Assembly: GCA_963769845.1 (NCBI GenBank)
Contig: CAVYNL010000033.1
Coordinates: forward strand, 1-64,000
DNA from: Candidatus Bathyarchaeota archaeon
Lineage (GTDB): Archaea > Thermoproteota > Bathyarchaeia > Bathyarchaeales > Bathycorpusculaceae
Direction of reading: 5' to 3'
DNA length: 64,000 nucleotides
The position numbers were made by a program, and so were the translations under genes. Below the pieces are notes generated by a model. The model did not search any database, was not told the DNA's origin, and saw only the letters and a program-made list of their open reading frames with translations. Below, in pieces: positions 8,840 through 18,301 of this stretch. The first letter of the stretch is position 1. Each line of letters opens with the position of its first letter.

Positions 8840-9256
8840 ATGAGCACAAATGTAACCACTATCCGACAGAAGACGTTAATCCCGGCTACTCCAAACGAGG
8901 TTTACGAAGCATTCATGGATTCAAAAAAGCATTCTGCCTTCACAGGAAGCAAAGCAAAATGTGATCCGAAGGCAGGAGGAGAATTCACGGCTTGGGACGG
9001 GTACATCTCGGGCAGAAACCTGGAGCTGGAGAAGGGAAAGAAGATAGTGCAAGAATGGTTGACATCTGAGTGGCCAGACGGTTATTCTCCTTCAAGACTG
9101 GAATTGACATTCAGGAAAGTGAAGGACGGCACCGAAATATCCATGGTTCATTCGAACGTGCCAGCAGAGCAGGCAGATGATATTGCAGAAGGATGGACAG
9201 AGTTCTACTGGAAACCGCTCAAAGAATACTTCACGAAACGAAAGCCCAAACAGTAG
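8840..9256 (+). CDS. SRPBCC superfamily protein (AHSA1 / activator of Hsp90 ATPase homolog-like)
   Basis: TIRQKTLIPATPNEVYEAFMDSKKHSAFTGSKAKCDPKAGGEFTAWDGYISG is typical of the AHSA1/SRPBCC fold. The start is taken at the internal Met (MSTNVTT). Confidence 0.7.
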   Translation: MSTNVTTIRQKTLIPATPNEVYEAFMDSKKHSAFTGSKAKCDPKAGGEFTAWDGYISGRNLELEKGKKIVQEWLTSEWPDGYSPSRLELTFRKVKDGTEISMVHSNVPAEQADDIAEGWTEFYWKPLKEYFTKRKPKQ

Positions 9257-9656
9257 ACAATACGCGAAACGAAAAAGAAAAACTGAGATTTTGCAGTTGA
9301 GCTCTCTTCTGGGTGTCCAATACACACGGGCATCATTGGTAAATTCTCGCCAGTCTAAATCACATTAGCAATTGTGGGAATGAGCACTTTATTCTTTCGT
9401 GCCTCACAAAGAACAGTTGCAGAGGAAGAGATTTCATGCTGGGGCAGCAAAAAATGTTGGATGTGAATTTGTATTCGGTGACTCTGTGCTTCTCGGAAGT
9501 GAAACTGGTACGACTGGCACTGTTGGAAAAAGGTTGGCAGCATCAGCTCAGCATGAAGTCTTGACAAGTCGAACCGTGCGGATGGGTCATCTTTCATTAA
9601 TCCTTAAATCTCGGGTTGCTTGTGTTGTTACACTGTGAAGAAGGGGGAAAATTGAG

Positions 9657-11057
9657 ATGGACTTCGACGTAGGAACGATAGCCGCGATTGTAGGCATAGC
9701 ATTCTTGGTTGTAGTTGTTGTTGTCTTCATCATTTCGAGAAGCTACACGGTTGTTAAGCCATCAGAGGCTCACATTGTTGTCAGACGCAAAGGCAGGAAA
9801 GTCTACAGTTCTAGGGAAGGACAGAGATCGGCATATTGGTATATCCCTTATATCATGCAAAGGTCTGTTCTGCCGCTGGAGAACATCAAGCTTGTGATTC
9901 CGAATATTCCCTTGAGAGACATTGACATGGCAAAGTTCGCTGGGGATGTCAGGTGCTGGCTGAACATTGAGAATCCTGACCTTGCAGCAGAGAAGTTGGG
10001 CAAGGTGGAAACTGAGGGAATGACAGGTTTCCCCGCGATACAGGCTGACGTCAAGGACCTGATTGAAGCTGTTGCAAGGAACTCTTCTATGAAGATGGAT
10101 GTCGTCAATATCATGAAGGACAGGGCCAAGTTTAGTCAGACAGTGAAGGATGAAGTGGCTCCAATCCTGAAGACTGAATGGGGAATAAAGATTGCAGGTC
10201 TAGAAGTCATCTACTTCAGAGACATTGAGAACTACACTGTCATCAAGGACATTGAGGCAAGACAGGCAAAACTGATCGAGACAGAGACGAGGAAGCAGTT
10301 GGCAGACTACGAGAAGAACGCAGCAATAGTTGAGGCCATTGCCAATCAGGAGAAAGAAACACAGAGAGCACAGGCAGAAGAGACATACAGGATCAGACAG
10401 ATTCAGAAGGACCAAGCTATAGGGCAAAGCGACCAGCAGAAACAGCAAAACATTGCAATGGCTACTCAAGAGGCTAATAAGCAGACTGTTGAGGCTAACA
10501 GACTCTTGACCGTAGGAAACGCTGAGATTGAGAAGCAGGCCGCCATAACCAGAGCAGATGGTGAAGCTCAATCCAACGTAAAGAGAGGGGATGGGACTGC
10601 TCAGGTGACGAAGCTGACGGGCTTTGCAGAAGCAGATGTCAGCAGGCAGAAACTGTTTGCCGAAGCAGAAGGCACTGAAAAGAAGGCATTGGCGCTCAAA
10701 CAGTACAATGAAGCAGGTCTGTCCTTGGAAGTCATCAGAGCGAATCAAGCCATCAAAGAAGCCCAGTTTGCCGCCCTCAGCGAAGGACTGAAAGTAGCTA
10801 AGATCAACCTTGTGACGAGTGGTGAAAGCAACATTCTGGGCATTCCTGTGAGCGCGGAGATGGGAGCAGACCTTGGAGCCATGCTGATTGCGTTGCAGAA
10901 TATGGGAATAGACATCACCGACCTTCTCAGAAAACTGCCGATAACCGAGACAGCCAAACTTGCCATAGCTGCAAAAGCAGGAATCAGCGTAGCCAAAGAA
11001 GGAACAAAAGAAGCAACCAAAGAAGCCCAACCTAAAGGCAAGAAGGGATCTGAATGA
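9657..11057 (+). CDS. flotillin / SPFH (band 7) domain protein
   Basis: N-terminal TM segment, then an SPFH domain, then a long coiled coil rich in E/A/Q (EAQ-type repeats), followed by a C-terminal region. 466 aa, typical of flotillin/YqiK. Confidence 0.85.
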   Translation: MDFDVGTIAAIVGIAFLVVVVVVFIISRSYTVVKPSEAHIVVRRKGRKVYSSREGQRSAYWYIPYIMQRSVLPLENIKLVIPNIPLRDIDMAKFAGDVRCWLNIENPDLAAEKLGKVETEGMTGFPAIQADVKDLIEAVARNSSMKMDVVNIMKDRAKFSQTVKDEVAPILKTEWGIKIAGLEVIYFRDIENYTVIKDIEARQAKLIETETRKQLADYEKNAAIVEAIANQEKETQRAQAEETYRIRQIQKDQAIGQSDQQKQQNIAMATQEANKQTVEANRLLTVGNAEIEKQAAITRADGEAQSNVKRGDGTAQVTKLTGFAEADVSRQKLFAEAEGTEKKALALKQYNEAGLSLEVIRANQAIKEAQFAALSEGLKVAKINLVTSGESNILGIPVSAEMGADLGAMLIALQNMGIDITDLLRKLPITETAKLAIAAKAGISVAKEGTKEATKEAQPKGKKGSE

Positions 11058-11320
11058 CTCAGATAGAACTCGACAAGCTCAGTCCAAGAGCTAAAGAACT
11101 ACTGGAAATCTTTGCAAAGACGAGCGGCGTGGCAGATCTCTCAATGGTCATTCAAGATGAAACCTTCAGCATCTTTGAACTCATGAAACTGATCGATACC
11201 ACAAGAGATCCAAAGATCTATCCACAGGACTCAGTACTTGTCTTCAACACGGTGAAAGCTGTGCTCGCGAAATTTAGCAGATTTGGGCAGCCGACAAAAT
11301 TGACAGAACAAGAGCCCTAA
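11054..11320 (+). CDS. hypothetical 88-aa protein translationally coupled to flotillin (ATGA overlap)
   Basis: Its start overlaps the flotillin stop codon. No recognisable motif. Confidence 0.45.
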   Translation: MTQIELDKLSPRAKELLEIFAKTSGVADLSMVIQDETFSIFELMKLIDTTRDPKIYPQDSVLVFNTVKAVLAKFSRFGQPTKLTEQEP

Positions 11321-11346
11321 CAATCTTCTCTTTTTTTGCGCGCGCT
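11321..11346 (+). terminator. T-tract (CTCTTTTTTTG) immediately after the stop codon, followed by a GCGCGCGCT palindrome
   Basis: Archaeal termination occurs at oligo-T tracts. A T7 run lies 10 nt past the TAA codon. Confidence 0.3.
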
Positions 11347-11535
11347 ATCAGCGTCCAATATGGGTTTGTTTGATGGCTAAATCTTGGTCGTGTTGAGAGA
11401 TGGTGAATCACGGGAGCTCCGCCTGATGGCCGGCGCGAAAAATGGTTGTGCACCTCAAAACCGCCCCAAAACCCCAAAAAAGAAATAAAAACCACTTTTG
11501 ACCATCTTAGGAACACGCATGCGCGCTATAATAGC

Positions 11536-11883
11536 ATGGTGACTTCAATGATCACGTATGAGGATTTCAGAAGAGTTGACATGCGAGTAGGCAGAATCTT
11601 AGAAGTGGAGCGTTTCCCAGAGGCAAGAAAGCCTTCCTACAAGCTGAAGATAGATTTCGGTCCACAGATAGGTGTAAAGAATTCCAGTGCCCAGATCGCA
11701 GGGTACAGGAAGGACGAACTAATAGGGAGATTAGTCATAGCCGTTGTCAATTTTCCTCCTAAACAAGTGGCCAACTTTCAGTCTGAAGTCTTGACTCTAG
11801 GAGTGGCAGATAAATCTAAGAAGAATAACTGGTTCTTGATAGAGCCTGACAGGGACGTAGATTTGGGTACCAGAGTAGAATGA
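11536..11883 (+). CDS. csaA: tRNA-binding protein CsaA/Trbp111 (EMAP/MetRS C-terminal-like OB fold)
   Basis: ITYEDFRRVDMRVGRILEVERFPEARKPSYKLKIDFGPQIGVKNSSAQI...RLVIAVVNFPPKQVANFQSEVLTLG is a classical tRNA_bind domain. Confidence 0.75.
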   Translation: MVTSMITYEDFRRVDMRVGRILEVERFPEARKPSYKLKIDFGPQIGVKNSSAQIAGYRKDELIGRLVIAVVNFPPKQVANFQSEVLTLGVADKSKKNNWFLIEPDRDVDLGTRVE

Positions 11884-12167
11884 CAGAAACCTTTCCGACG
11901 CACCCACGCCCAGAATCCCAAATGAGACCACGATCGAGCAAACGACCTTCGTTTCTTTCCTCAAAAATCAGGTTTGCGGGAGACGTCGCCACGCGAGTTC
12001 GCCCCAATCCCGAACCTGTGAATGCGTGCGTCCAAGGGTTCAAACGTGAGCTTTGACCTGTCGATCCCAGACAGTATCATGATCTGAGCAATCTCCGGTT
12101 TTTTAGGAGTATAGACGTCGCAGCACTAGCGACAAGAAATCCGAGAAATAAACAATATAAGACACAT

Positions 12168-12779
12168 ATGAGGCTTTCTTACGAATGCGCACATGGTTCA
12201 TTTGTCTCTTACAAAAGGGGATGGCGTCAACTGACGATAATTGTTGATGATGCTGGCATAGGTGATCTACTTTTTGGCGTCGTCATAGGCGCCTTTCGCT
12301 CCGAGACTCAGGAATTTAGATACGATATCGTAGATGTCGGATATTTCAGATATCCGCGATTCCGATCAAAAGAGTATCTGAAGCAGACTTCGAAAATTGT
12401 GTTTCAACTATTGAATAAACTTGAACTCAAGAAAGACGAACAAATTCAAATCTGCAAAGGCTACATCTTCGACGAAGCGGTAAACAGTTTGAAAGAGAGG
12501 TATGGCGACAATCAAATTGACAGAATCACAGTCACTGGAGAACCGCAGAGGCTTACAGAAATTGCATATCTCGACGAGATCAGAAACTTGGGGTATGAGC
12601 CAGTAAAAGACAGAGATGAGAAAAAGGCAAAGAGCTTCTTCCACATGATGAACTGGCTAAAGAAAAATCCAGAGAAACTGATCTATGCAAAGACTGGTTG
12701 GCCACGCCTGCAGAGATATGATCTATTCAGATCCTACTGTCAAAAACGATCAACAGAAGACAGAGAAATCAGTTCTTGA
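12168..12779 (+). CDS. hypothetical protein (203 aa). The N-terminal segment LTIIVDDAGIGDLLFGVVIGAF resembles an RNase H-like/YqgF-type glycine-rich beta-strand motif.
   Basis: ORF plus weak motif resemblance only. Confidence 0.35.
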   Translation: MRLSYECAHGSFVSYKRGWRQLTIIVDDAGIGDLLFGVVIGAFRSETQEFRYDIVDVGYFRYPRFRSKEYLKQTSKIVFQLLNKLELKKDEQIQICKGYIFDEAVNSLKERYGDNQIDRITVTGEPQRLTEIAYLDEIRNLGYEPVKDRDEKKAKSFFHMMNWLKKNPEKLIYAKTGWPRLQRYDLFRSYCQKRSTEDREISS

Positions 12780-12977
12780 ATCTGTATAGTGCACAATGGC
12801 ATTATACAATTAGCAAAAAGAGCTTGCCGAAGACATCTCTTTCGATGTGCTCGTGTAATGCATTACAGTCTGAGAGCGCGCGAGAGATTTCGCCGCCTGA
12901 TGGGGGCTCGGATCCCACTTTGCCCACCAAAAGCCTTGGATAGCATGTGCTGAGGTTGTGTCTGGCTTGATTGTCGT

Positions 12978-14225
12978 TCAAGTATTGTGAGACTTGATCT
13001 CGAGAAATCTGAATGTAGATTCGCAGGTAATGGCTTTCTTGGTTCTCCGATTTTCCTCCAGTCCCATTCTCATTCCCAGCACCCAGACTCCGATTCTTTT
13101 CTCTGACAAGGATTCTCGAGGAAAACTGATCAGACCCTCTTCGTTCTTGAATCGAGTCAACGTTTCCACAGATCGACTGTACCAGATGTGGTTTCTTGCC
13201 ACATTTGATCTGCCAAAGAGACCAAGCAGCAGAAGCAGCCTTCCAAACTCCATGCCTGAAAACTCGGACCCAAAGTATCCAGGCAAGTGGACGCTCCACC
13301 CCATCATGTAGTATCGTCCCGGCCCATGGCGGACTACTCCATATCCAACTCGAAGCTTCTGGTATTCTGAAGTCAGGATGAATTTGATGATGGTTTCAAC
13401 CTTGGCTCTGAGCGTTGCATCTTCCATTATGGATGGCGAGTGCAAGAAGGCATTCACGTCGTGTATCCAAGGCAGCTTCATCTCTTCATGAGGATAGATC
13501 TCAGGGTTCACCAGTGGAGCATTCCTGAAGGCCTTGGGAAAACCAGGGAACTTGTCTTGAGGAACATATACTCCTTTCAGATCGCCTTTCCTCGCAAACG
13601 GATAGATGGTTTCCAGCCGTCTGAGAACCCATGCCTTGACAGACTCATCATCCGCATATCCGGTCATGGTCAAAAAAGCGGAGACCAACGTGCGAAAGAA
13701 TACTGGGAGATACCCTTCCGCGGGGACGCTGATCTGTTGGTGCAACCATCGGAGAAACGGTTCAGTCTTGCGGTCCAAGATGGACATTCCTTTCCTCAGA
13801 CCAAACTCATACAGTTTTCCCATGACGTTCTCGTATGTTTCTGTTTTGGCACCATGCAACGCATTCCTTCCGCAATCTGGTCTCAGATTTCCCAGCCAAT
13901 ATCTCACAAGGTTACTTGACAAGAGATCCCTTTTTGCAGATTCAACCCCCTTCTTTTCATGAAGAAACTCCGTAGCAGTACGAAATCTAATAACCGAACC
14001 TGCATTGTCTACGAGCCAATCTGAATAATCTGTGAACTCCGCATCCCACACCAACCCAATCTGTGAACATTGTCCGAACTTAAGATTTTTGGCACGTATC
14101 AAAATCGGTTCCACAGTGACAAAACGGTCTTTGACGATAAAACAAGCAAACAAAAATGGGGGGTCGCGAGAGACATCGTCAATTGTCACGTTTCCAAGTG
14201 CCGGCGAGCCTGTCACGTGGCTCAA
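12978..14225 (-). CDS. hypothetical protein (415 aa), no recognisable family
   Basis: Long ORF with non-repetitive, non-low-complexity composition. It is convergent with 12168-12779. Confidence 0.5.
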   Translation of the reverse strand: MSHVTGSPALGNVTIDDVSRDPPFLFACFIVKDRFVTVEPILIRAKNLKFGQCSQIGLVWDAEFTDYSDWLVDNAGSVIRFRTATEFLHEKKGVESAKRDLLSSNLVRYWLGNLRPDCGRNALHGAKTETYENVMGKLYEFGLRKGMSILDRKTEPFLRWLHQQISVPAEGYLPVFFRTLVSAFLTMTGYADDESVKAWVLRRLETIYPFARKGDLKGVYVPQDKFPGFPKAFRNAPLVNPEIYPHEEMKLPWIHDVNAFLHSPSIMEDATLRAKVETIIKFILTSEYQKLRVGYGVVRHGPGRYYMMGWSVHLPGYFGSEFSGMEFGRLLLLLGLFGRSNVARNHIWYSRSVETLTRFKNEEGLISFPRESLSEKRIGVWVLGMRMGLEENRRTKKAITCESTFRFLEIKSHNT

Positions 14226-14340
14226 CTACTTATGACCTCTACTCTGGAGTCTTAGCGTGGTCTATTTGCAGAGGGAGCTGATGTGATTGGTCTCCGATAA
14301 CGGTTCAAATGGAGAAAACAGGGTTACGATTGCGTTAGGT

Positions 14341-14940
14341 TCATGTGCTTCTTGCGCTGATGTTTCTTCTATTCTTTGTTTTGAGGAGTTCAAGGGCTGC
14401 CGTCTTCGCTCCGAGTTCTGCCTTGATTTCTTCGTCTGCACTTCCGATTATTACGACGTCGCCGTCTTTCAGGTTCAGTTTTGACAGAGCGGCAAGGAGG
14501 GGGAAATCACCTTTTGACACGTTTTCCCCTATGCCCGGCATAGACAGCCCGTTCTTGGTAAAGATCAAAGTCGTGGCTCCTCTTGCTCCTGCCATTATTG
14601 CAGCGTCTCTCTGTTCCAGACCGTATTTCACTGAGTCCTTCATTCCTGCCACTCGGACTGCAACGTTGAAGGACCCGACCGTCAAGGACGTGGACGAAAT
14701 CTCTACTTGTTCGCTGAGGAGAGCTCTCAGACTACCAAGCAGTTTTCTTCCCGTTGCGGAGAGGGAAATCCCTGATTTTGAAACGTCGATCAGCCCTTCG
14801 TTCTTCAAATGCTTAACGAGAGTCCTGGCCTCGCCTTCACCCAACTGGAGGTCTTTTGAGAGTTTCATCCTGCCTACGGTCTGTTGGAGATTGATTTCTT
14901 CCAAAGCCTTGATCACGTGAGCCTCAGCGAACGAGGGCAA
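14341..14940 (-). CDS. winged-helix transcriptional regulator with a C-terminal uncharacterised domain (DUF4443-like)
   Basis: N-terminal wHTH (VIKALEEINLQQTVGRMKLSKDLQLGEGEARTLVKHLKNEGLIDV). The fully overlapping plus-strand ORF is S/P/A-rich low complexity and is rejected. Confidence 0.5.
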   Translation of the reverse strand: MPSFAEAHVIKALEEINLQQTVGRMKLSKDLQLGEGEARTLVKHLKNEGLIDVSKSGISLSATGRKLLGSLRALLSEQVEISSTSLTVGSFNVAVRVAGMKDSVKYGLEQRDAAIMAGARGATTLIFTKNGLSMPGIGENVSKGDFPLLAALSKLNLKDGDVVIIGSADEEIKAELGAKTAALELLKTKNRRNISARST

Positions 14941-15267
14941 CCGTCCAGGCGCGATTTTCGCCGAGACCTTGCTAACTGTTTCAAGCGGGTCCGTTCGTAT
15001 TCACCTCGCACACAGACCGTCATTGATTAGAAATGAAAACTCATGAACGTTTCCGAACTGGTGAACGAGACCCACGGAAGGCCTACAACGACGGGCAATC
15101 TTGCTCGCACAATCAACCGTTCTCAGGAATCCCACTGCCAACCATTCTCCAAACCACAGTGCTCGACTTGAACACAGATTCTTAGTAACAATTTACGCTT
15201 TTAAAACGTTTGAACGAGCAAGCTGTAAGAAAGAGATGAATGAGTTGCGGACAGAAGAGCAGCTGCA

Positions 15268-15792
15268 TCATGAAGGTGAAGTTGGCCAGGGGTTGTAGCT
15301 CTCGTATGAGAAGGCAACAGTATCTCCTCGATGAAGTATGTATTGCGAACATGAATAGCTCGGAGATACCCACGTCGAATTTTGCACGTCTCTGTACCAG
15401 TAGAACCATCCGTGCGCCATAGTATCGCCAGCTAGACCATTTATGGATGTGACCAGTATCCCCATAGTTCCTCCGTAGTCCTTGTACTCGACGTCCGATA
15501 CTGCAAGTATGGCCGTGAACGCTGTCGAACCGATAGGGAGCGCCGTGTTGTTAAACCATGCTCTCGTCCCGTTGCCGTAACTCAGGAGAATGTCGACCCG
15601 CAAGGCGAGGGGGTTGATCACACTCGAGAGGTTTCCCATCGTGTTTGAAAGCGTGTTCAAATCATTCAGCAGGTTTCTGTATTCATCTCGGTAGGTGGTG
15701 TATTGGGTGAAGTAGTAGCCAGCTATGGCGGTGCCGCTGACTGCCCAGACGAGAAAGGCCAAGATCACGTAGGTGAGAACTCTTTTTTCCAA
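15268..15792 (-). CDS. DUF4430-like secreted/membrane-anchored protein (a family found next to ECF/cobalamin-uptake S components)
   Basis: N-terminal TM anchor followed by a beta-rich domain. It overlaps the upstream membrane protein gene by 28 nt, suggesting an operon. Confidence 0.45.
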   Translation of the reverse strand: MEKRVLTYVILAFLVWAVSGTAIAGYYFTQYTTYRDEYRNLLNDLNTLSNTMGNLSSVINPLALRVDILLSYGNGTRAWFNNTALPIGSTAFTAILAVSDVEYKDYGGTMGILVTSINGLAGDTMAHGWFYWYRDVQNSTWVSPSYSCSQYILHRGDTVAFSYESYNPWPTSPS

Positions 15793-16340
15793 GTTTGTCC
15801 ACCTCCAAGAAGTCTTTGCAGAGCGTTTGTGATTGGGACGAAAGCTGCTCCGAAGACGACCGTGTTAGAGACAACATGTACCAAGCTGAACACAGCACCA
15901 GAAACGAGTGTGCTGACAAACGCTAGGAAAACGGGTTGGCCTGACAACCCAAAATGGACGGCCCACCCGAAATTGGTGACGACATCAAAAACGAGAGTAA
16001 GAAAAGCGCCCAAGACCGCCGTCTCAGCACACGACGCTGAGTCATAAGAGCCATGTCTCGAACGTCCGTACAAGCCGCCTCCTAGTCCAACCATGGCCAT
16101 CCCGATCATCTGAAATGGTGCGATCAGTCCAGCAAACCCCCAAGACGAAACAAATCCGTTGACAAACATCACCAAGACTCCCAGCCCACCACCGAAAGGC
16201 ATGCCGAAAATAGCACCAGCCAAGAAGACGATCAACGACGTAAACTCGACGTTCGGGGGCCGAGGCGCGAGTTGGACGCCTATGCACAGAGCAGCCAGGA
16301 CAACGAACGTTGAGAGGCGGGGAATCGTAAGGTTTCGCAC
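15765..16340 (-). CDS. ECF-transporter S-component-like small integral membrane protein
   Basis: 191 aa, about 6 predicted TM helices, Gly-rich (GMPFGGGLGVLV, MVGLGGGLYG). Paired with a DUF4430 gene, as in CbrT-type cobalamin S components. Confidence 0.45.
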   Translation of the reverse strand: MRNLTIPRLSTFVVLAALCIGVQLAPRPPNVEFTSLIVFLAGAIFGMPFGGGLGVLVMFVNGFVSSWGFAGLIAPFQMIGMAMVGLGGGLYGRSRHGSYDSASCAETAVLGAFLTLVFDVVTNFGWAVHFGLSGQPVFLAFVSTLVSGAVFSLVHVVSNTVVFGAAFVPITNALQRLLGGGQTWKKEFSPT

Positions 16341-16545
16341 AAAGTGTGGTTGGATAGTCCATCCATATAAGCCTTTCTCACCACGGATACTGTAAACTCA
16401 TCTGTCATGACTTTTCCAGCTTACAGAATGTTAGTGGTGCATTTGTCAGTTTTGTTTTCTAATTGTGCCTTGGTTTTTCCCTTTGCTTCAGAATACGCAG
16501 AAAACCTGATTCAGATGTTGTCTTTATGGGTTCTTTGATTATTCC

Positions 16546-16555
16546 TTTGTTCTTA
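16546..16555. repeat. AGCGCGCGCT palindromic decamer, intergenic within the AT-rich islet
   Basis: Exact match. Confidence 0.9.
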
Positions 16556-16570
16556 GCGCGCGCTCGGATT

Positions 16571-17149
16571 CTATGTTTCCATGGTAATGGAAAACAGGAT
16601 TCGTCTTCTTGTGTTGAGAACGAAATTGACGACGATTTTGGCGTGAATACCTATTATGGTTGCGAGACTAGCAATTAGAGAGATTATTAGCTTGGATATT
16701 TCAGAAGATAGCATTTTCAGTTTAAGTGTGGCTGTTCGTCCGAATTTTTGTTTTTCTGAGATTGTCTTTTCTCTCGGTCTCCTTATTTTGTTAAGAAGCC
16801 ATGATAGAAATTTCGTTATTGCTTTTTTAATATCATTTTCGTCAGACATGTAGCCGTAATAGTCTATGACCCTAACTACAAAAACCGTAAATGTTGTAAT
16901 TCCAAAAGTCCAAGTTTCTGCGGTATGCCAGCCTATTTGGTCAGAAGTTTGTGGTTTTTCTACAACAATTGGTGGAGAGCAATCAACCTTGAGAACGTAA
17001 AAACTGCTGAAAACGCTGACCAAAGTTATGGCTAAGACTATGAAAACAACGACAGACTTGACTATTCTCGATGCTTTGAACGCATCATTTTCCATTTTTC
17101 CATCAAACGTAGATGAGCGAGCTCCTATTAATGTGTTTACGACTGTCAC
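16571..17149 (-). CDS. hypothetical membrane protein within an AT-rich islet
   Basis: ORF with 2-3 hydrophobic segments. The surrounding 16400-17250 region is markedly more AT-rich than its neighbours. Confidence 0.35.
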   Translation of the reverse strand: MTVVNTLIGARSSTFDGKMENDAFKASRIVKSVVVFIVLAITLVSVFSSFYVLKVDCSPPIVVEKPQTSDQIGWHTAETWTFGITTFTVFVVRVIDYYGYMSDENDIKKAITKFLSWLLNKIRRPREKTISEKQKFGRTATLKLKMLSSEISKLIISLIASLATIIGIHAKIVVNFVLNTRRRILFSITMET

Positions 17150-17271
17150 TTTTGGTTATAAAGAGGGGTTTTTTGCTAGCGTGTGCGTTATGACAGATAA
17201 GTTTACAGTATCGCTGTTACGAATAGTTCATAAATGACTTCCTGAAAACTAGTGTTCCTGAGCTGTGTCAC

Positions 17272-18204
17272 ATGGAAAGTTATGAATTGATAATCATCGG
17301 CGCTGGTCCTGCTGGTTTGGCGGCTGGGATTTATGCCGTTAGAAGCGGGTTGAAAACGCTTGTTCTTGAGGAGAAGATGGCCGGCGGGACCGTGGCCGAT
17401 GCTCCAATGGTTGGGAACTATCCGGGTATTCAGGACGCAAAGGGCAGCGAGATTGCACAGAAGATCCACGCGCATGCAAAGAGCGCGGGCGTGAAGGTTA
17501 ACGAGTTTGAAAGTGTCGAGGGCCTGAAGCTTTCGGCGGATAGAAAAGTAGTGAAGACTCAGAAGACAGAGTACGAGGCCAAGACAATAATTATCGCGTC
17601 GGGTAGCCATTATCGTGAGCTGGGAATTCCAGGTGAGAAAGAGTTTCGCGGAAGGGGCGTGAGCTACTGCGGCATCTGTGACGGCCCGTTCTTCAAGGGC
17701 AAGCGTGTGCTCGTTGTGGGCGGCGGCAACTCGGCCTTGATGACAGCGCTCTATCTTGCACATCTTGCTGGAGAAACAAAGGTTGTGCACAGGAGAGAAA
17801 CGTTTCGGGCTGAGGAGGTGCTTGTCCAAGAACTGAAGAAGTTGAGAAACACGGAGGTTCTCTGGAGCACCGAAGTTAAAGAGATCGTAGGTGACAAGGT
17901 CGTCAAGAAAGTCGTCGTACTTGACAAGAAGGACAATAGAACGAGAGAGGTGCCGGTTGACGGCGTTTTCGTGCAGGTAGGCGAGTCGCCCAACAGTCAA
18001 TTAGCCAAAGAGGCGGGCGTGGCCGTTGACGAGGATGGCTATATTAAGATAGATTGGCTTCAGCACACGAACATCGCTGGCGTGTACGCCGCTGGAGACG
18101 TCACAAATCATCCGGTCAAGCAGGTGGGCACGGCTGTCGGGCAGGGCATAACTGCGGCCCTGGAGGCATACGGCTACATTCGAAGACCATATTACAAACA
18201 GTAG
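17272..18204 (+). CDS. trxB: thioredoxin-reductase-like FAD/NAD(P)-dependent pyridine nucleotide-disulfide oxidoreductase
   Basis: IIIGAGPAGLAAGIY (FAD GxGxxG), redox-active SYCGICDG, NAD(P) GxGxxA (VLVVGGGNSA), C-terminal YAAGD. Confidence 0.8.
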   Translation: MESYELIIIGAGPAGLAAGIYAVRSGLKTLVLEEKMAGGTVADAPMVGNYPGIQDAKGSEIAQKIHAHAKSAGVKVNEFESVEGLKLSADRKVVKTQKTEYEAKTIIIASGSHYRELGIPGEKEFRGRGVSYCGICDGPFFKGKRVLVVGGGNSALMTALYLAHLAGETKVVHRRETFRAEEVLVQELKKLRNTEVLWSTEVKEIVGDKVVKKVVVLDKKDNRTREVPVDGVFVQVGESPNSQLAKEAGVAVDEDGYIKIDWLQHTNIAGVYAAGDVTNHPVKQVGTAVGQGITAALEAYGYIRRPYYKQ

Positions 18205-18301
18205 AAAACATGCCAAAACCATTATATTTTCCCGAACCCACGAAGCAACGTCTAGAGTATCGTGTTCGCGCTTATCTACCAGCATTGGAGAAGTCTGGCG
18301 A

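Noticed and set aside
10200-11030. 276-aa minus-strand ORF antisense to flotillin
   Set aside because: Cys/Leu/Phe-rich low-complexity translation inside a well-supported flotillin gene. Spurious.
14345-14920. 191-aa plus-strand ORF fully overlapping the wHTH regulator gene
   Set aside because: The translation is S/P/A/R-rich low complexity with no motifs, whereas the minus-strand frame encodes a clean winged-helix domain. This is the typical antisense ORF of a GC-balanced gene.
16341-16460. Cobalamin riboswitch upstream of the ECF-S/DUF4430 operon
   Set aside because: No B12-box-like consensus is visible. Riboswitches are also rare in archaea.
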